From Selaginella moellendorffii (Eukaryota > Plantae > Lycopodiophyta), in contig NW_003314354.1 in NCBI RefSeq assembly GCF_000143415.4, forward strand, positions 1 to 37,254: a stretch of DNA of 37,254 nt. The letters run 5' to 3'. Positions 32,381 through 37,254 of the stretch are shown here, one piece after another; position 1 is the stretch's first letter, and each line of letters opens with the position of its first letter. The notes beneath the pieces were generated by a model that searched no databases, had not been told where the DNA came from, and saw only the letters and a list, made by a program, of their open reading frames with translations. Made by a program: the position numbers and the translations under genes.

Positions 32381-35308
32381 TAACCTTAACTATAAAACCC
32401 CTGGCCAGCACTTTCAGTAGAGTTTTTTTTAACTTTGTAATCAGCTGCAAGGAATTTCTTCTCTCAGACTTAGAATATGGGCCTGTATCCCTGATAATCC
32501 CTAAAGTAGAACTCAATAGCCTCAAATATATTTCGTGGACAAATAGTCCTATGTAGAGGAACTGATCTGAGAGATCATTAGCCCCCAAACGCATCTCATA
32601 TATTGGACACTATTTTGATTTTCAGTCCAAGGAAAGCTATGAAAGGTCTGAGGCTTATGAAAGCACTATCTTCCTACATTTTTGTTACAATTTCACCAAG
32701 AAGTGTGGGAGGATCATAAAATACCTGAGATTTTGTGTGATTCCATAGAAATCAAATTGATTTAAGATCAAAAGTAAGTTGTTTCTATGCATATTGTGAA
32801 TCTTATTTTAAAATATATTTAAAGAGATATCGGAAATCAAGGTTAAAGAGAAAACGTATATAGCAGATTTTAGGGTGTCTTTTTTTCAAATATTAATGAG
32901 ATATGCAACAAATATAATAATTAATGATAGTGTTAGCTACTTTATGGAAGATTTGAAACGTATTACATTTACATTTTTATTTTTATACCATCTCTTATCT
33001 CTCTTGAATAGCTTAGTGTGATAGATCATTGGAAATCACAGTCTTATATATACATGCACAAAATTTATCCTTTAGATTGGTGGCTTCCATCCATGCAATT
33101 CATAATCAAGAAGTTTTTGACTTCTCAAAAAAGCTTATGAGTTCCATTCTATTGTGTTGCCATTAGATTTTTTTCATATTATTAAATTAAATTAAAAAAT
33201 CATTTTACAAATAGATATGAATAGATCTTAAAGACTTTATTACACTCACATACATAAACCTATTTATATAAACCCAAGTACTTACATATACATGATATGA
33301 GTTTATCATATGAAAACCTGAGTGTTTTATGGTTTTACACAACATTTATCAAGCTAATCCTCCAAACTTTTGTATATATACAAGGGCTAAAGTGTTTTAT
33401 ACAAAGGGATTGAGAATAAGTTGCACCACATATTACAACTTATGGTGCCTTTTCCTTATGTTCCTTCATTGAGTAAAGAACCTTTGGTTGATATGATGGC
33501 TATGATGTTATATAAACAATCATATTAATTTAGTTTTTGTGTTCATAAAAAACTCATTTACAGCTGGGTTAAAATGAATTCTATGAGTTTTTGTGGGATG
33601 GTAGTGGATATACTTAGAATATATTTGGATATTCTAGGAGATTCTACCATCTAACAGTGGTTATAATCTTATATTTATAATTTATAAACATGTTTATAAT
33701 TTATATAAACTTTCTTAAACACTTTCTAGTATATTCTTTTTTATTCTACCATCTAATGGTTGATATGCAATAATATTAATCTTGTGTTTATAAATTGTAG
33801 ACATGTTTATAATCATGATTTTTTATTTGATCTATTTGATTAAGAAGTAAGAATAACATTACTATTAAGCAAAGCAAGCGTTGCTACATGCAATGCATAG
33901 CAAATTATTTGTCTATGCTTATTTATTTATTTCTACAAAAAATTTATATTGTAAGATTTGGATGGCTAATTTATAAGTCATTTTGCCCAAAAACCATTCC
34001 ATTTTTGCAAGCCATTACAAACTAGTGAAAGGGTTTCAATTGATTTTGGTTGGTTTGAACATTAATAGATGGTTTGTTATAATGTAGCTTGGAAAGGATA
34101 TTAATTTTTAAGGATAAAGCAAGTTGAATAGGGTTTAAAGTTCAAATGCAAAAGTGGTTGTTATGCTTTCTAAAAAGGTGATGCTTATGCTTTTATTTTA
34201 TAATATCTATAAATATTGAATGTTTTCAACAAGGAGTCATTTTAGAGATTCTCCTCTTACTGATATATCAATAGGAGGTTGGTAATAACTTGGGCTTAGC
34301 ATCCTTAATTGGGCTAGAGGTATAATAAGGATAGTAGGGGGTTAAAGGCATGGTCAATTATTAGAGATAATGCTTAGCTCTCTAGTGTGGAAAAATGGTT
34401 GTTTGCTTTTCTAGAAAGGTGATATTTGTGATTTTATTTTGTACTGTTCTATTTGGTGGTAGGTTGTACTTTGCATTTCATTAGACTCTATGAGAGTAGT
34501 GAGTTTTTATTAATTTTGACTTGGTCTTAGTGGCCTTATGCCTTGGCTAAGGATGATGATATCCAACTTAGTTATTTGTGCTTGAGGTGTTAATACCTAT
34601 ACAATAGCCTTATTTATTATGAAATTATATATTATACAAGTCCATCTTATAGTCTTTGATAAAGAGGTAAATGTTTTATTTTGTGTATCATCCCAGGCAG
34701 AGGAAAAAAAGAAAGTTTAGGCGAAATGAAGTTACATCTAAACTTAGGCATCCAAAGAAAAAAGACTTAACTTAGATAATACTCATCATAGACATGTGAG
34801 AAGCAGTTAAAAATGGTTATAAAATCATGTAGTATATAAATAGCACTTAAATGTATTGAAAACAACCCTCACTCATTGTTGTATACATTTACATTAAATT
34901 AACCATATTTTCTCCCACATATGACTGTTTATATAAAGTAGAGTTGAGAGAGTGATATATGATTATCTTCTTTGGGGTTTGAGGCTAAATTATCTTCTAT
35001 ATCTCTTCTTTTTTATTTCTTCTCTTCTTTTATGTTCTTGTCTCTGTTTGTTTACAACTATTTTATAGGCAGAGCAAGAATGCGAGTATAGGTAGAAAAA
35101 AATTTACTCATTTTTTGTGACTATAGTGGGATAAATAGTCATTTTTTGGCTTGAAAAACAGCCGGGAGAAAATTGTTTGTGAATTCCAAACACGCCTAAT
35201 AGTAAGAATCACAAGTAGATCTCTTTAGTAATTGTAAAGGTCTTGAGCCCAGATAACACTAAATGAAGAAGCTCTTTTTGTAATTGTAGTGGTTTAATGC
35301 CTAGACAA

Positions 35309-35944
35309 NNNNNNNNNNNNNNNNNNNNNNNNNNNNNNNNNNNNNNNNNNNNNNNNNNNNNNNNNNNNNNNNNNNNNNNNNNNNNNNNNNNNNNNNNNNN
35401 NNNNNNNNNNNNNNNNNNNNNNNNNNNNNNNNNNNNNNNNNNNNNNNNNNNNNNNNNNNNNNNNNNNNNNNNNNNNNNNNNNNNNNNNNNNNNNNNNNNN
35501 NNNNNNNNNNNNNNNNNNNNNNNNNNNNNNNNNNNNNNNNNNNNNNNNNNNNNNNNNNNNNNNNNNNNNNNNNNNNNNNNNNNNNNNNNNNNNNNNNNNN
35601 NNNNNNNNNNNNNNNNNNNNNNNNNNNNNNNNNNNNNNNNNNNNNNNNNNNNNNNNNNNNNNNNNNNNNNNNNNNNNNNNNNNNNNNNNNNNNNNNNNNN
35701 NNNNNNNNNNNNNNNNNNNNNNNNNNNNNNNNNNNNNNNNNNNNNNNNNNNNNNNNNNNNNNNNNNNNNNNNNNNNNNNNNNNNNNNNNNNNNNNNNNNN
35801 NNNNNNNNNNNNNNNNNNNNNNNNNNNNNNNNNNNNNNNNNNNNNNNNNNNNNNNNNNNNNNNNNNNNNNNNNNNNNNNNNNNNNNNNNNNNNNNNNNNN
35901 NNNNNNNNNNNNNNNNNNNNNNNNNNNNNNNNNNNNNNNNNNNN
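35309..35944. other. Assembly gap (N run)
   Basis: Run of N. Confidence 1.
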
Positions 35945-35989
35945 TTATGCATATTGCAAGAGCCAATGAGACTTGAACAAGATTTATAA

Positions 35990-37254
35990 GTCAAATTCAG
36001 AAATGGTTATCACAAACTACCCTAACCGTTCAAATTGCTCTACATTTAGTACACCTAGGCAAATTAATCAAGCTCATCTTTTATATATAGAGAGCTTAAA
36101 AACATCATTTAGTGTGAAAGGTGCCATTTTTCTATAGATTTTGAGAGCATTCATATCACAACTAGCCCCATAAGGAAGAATCAAGGGCAATCATGTGCAA
36201 TGTGCCTCATATCCCCTAAAGTGAGGTATATACAAAGAGTAAATATACAAGTGAATACATAAAAAGGGAATTATAAATTCCATAGGCCTTGAAGCTTTTT
36301 GGTCATATATAAAACAAAATGGTGTCATGTCTATGGATACTTTATATGCAGTCCTATAAATCCACAAAGCATCTAGAATTTTCTCATCCCAGTCTTTTTT
36401 ATTGTCCTTTACAATCTTTTTCAAAATATTTTTAAATACTTTATTAGTAGATTCAGCCTGACCATTCCCTTGTAAGTAATATGGCATAGACTTTTTGCAC
36501 TTAAAAATGAATTCTTATATAAAAATTTATATTGTTTCATTGATAAAATGAGTGCCTTTATCTATGATAATCTCTTTATACAAACTAAATTTTACAATGA
36601 TATTTTCATAGAGGAATTTAGCAGTGTTAGTAGCTTAGATTTGTTTCAATAAGTGGTGACTAAAATGTATTTATTCTTCTTACTACTTTTCACTATAGAA
36701 CTTAAAAAATCCAATCCCATTTATGAAATGCTTTATATGGATAGGTAGGATTTAGTTCATGAAATTTTTTTTTAAGTTGTAGTTTATGCCTTTGGCAAAT
36801 ATCATAATGTTTGCAAAAAATTGCTGTATCTTTCCAAAGCGTAGGCCATTATAACTCTGCTTGTAAGACCTTCTTAGTAGTGATTTTATTTGCAAAATGG
36901 CTTCCTGATGGGCCTAAAAGAGCTTCCCTTAACATTTCATTTCTTTCTTCTTGACTATTAGTATATTTCTTTAGTATTCCATCGATGCTTAATTTATATA
37001 AGTGCTCCCCTATAACAAAGTAATGTCGTACCCTCAAAACAAACAATTTCTTTTTTTCTAGAAAGTTATAATGGGTGAAATTGTGTCTATAGAAAAATAG
37101 ATTTGTATATTTTCCAATGAAGTGGTAAACATGAAGATTGCAAATAAGTGAGTATCTAGGAGTTCATCTACCTTAGTATTATGTGATTCTTCTATAGTGA
37201 TATGGTTTAAGCAATTGATCTATTCATGAAATTTTCTAGGTTTATATATTATTT
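35990..37254 (-). mobile_element. Decayed Ty3/gypsy LTR-retrotransposon pol (RNase H end, Zn-binding and integrase core)
   Basis: YYLQGNGQAESTNK..LKK..DWDEKI..ALW.YRTAYK...MTPF; GPSGSHFA..T..KVLQA..WPTLWKD...C..CQ. Many stops. Confidence 0.88.

Noticed and set aside
35209-35994. ORFs spanning the second N run
   Set aside because: Gap artefacts.

Overview
Eukaryotic plant nuclear DNA, most likely the lycophyte Selaginella (inferred from ~50-60 nt introns, very tight gene packing and PPR style; not confirmed). A gene-dense island (~4.8-25.4 kb) holds, in order: a PQ-loop transporter, a small intronless DUF2945/Hva1-TUDOR-like gene, a C2/VASt/GRAM lipid-transfer protein, a plastid-type membrane protein, a tail-to-tail AhpC/TSA thioredoxin-like paralog pair (CNHC vs SYRC), two intron-containing tRNA-Met genes and a tRNA-Glu, two head-to-head PLS-E PPR genes, ALG8 and a PIN auxin carrier. 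The AT-rich flanks carry decayed material: a kinase remnant, an 18S rRNA fragment, an LRR receptor-like gene, a Crinkler/RHS-type P-loop NTPase pseudogene, an internally deleted hAT element, an F-box remnant and a Ty3/gypsy pol remnant. Most notable: a divergent, signal-peptide-bearing PEBP (FT/TFL1/MFT-like) pseudogene between the duplicated tRNA-Met genes; the Hva1-like gene behind an ABRE/DRE cluster; the Crinkler-like NTPase next to an RLP; a cysteine-depleted redoxin paralog; and a 1-nt frameshift in PIN. Family calls come from recalled motifs, not database searches.
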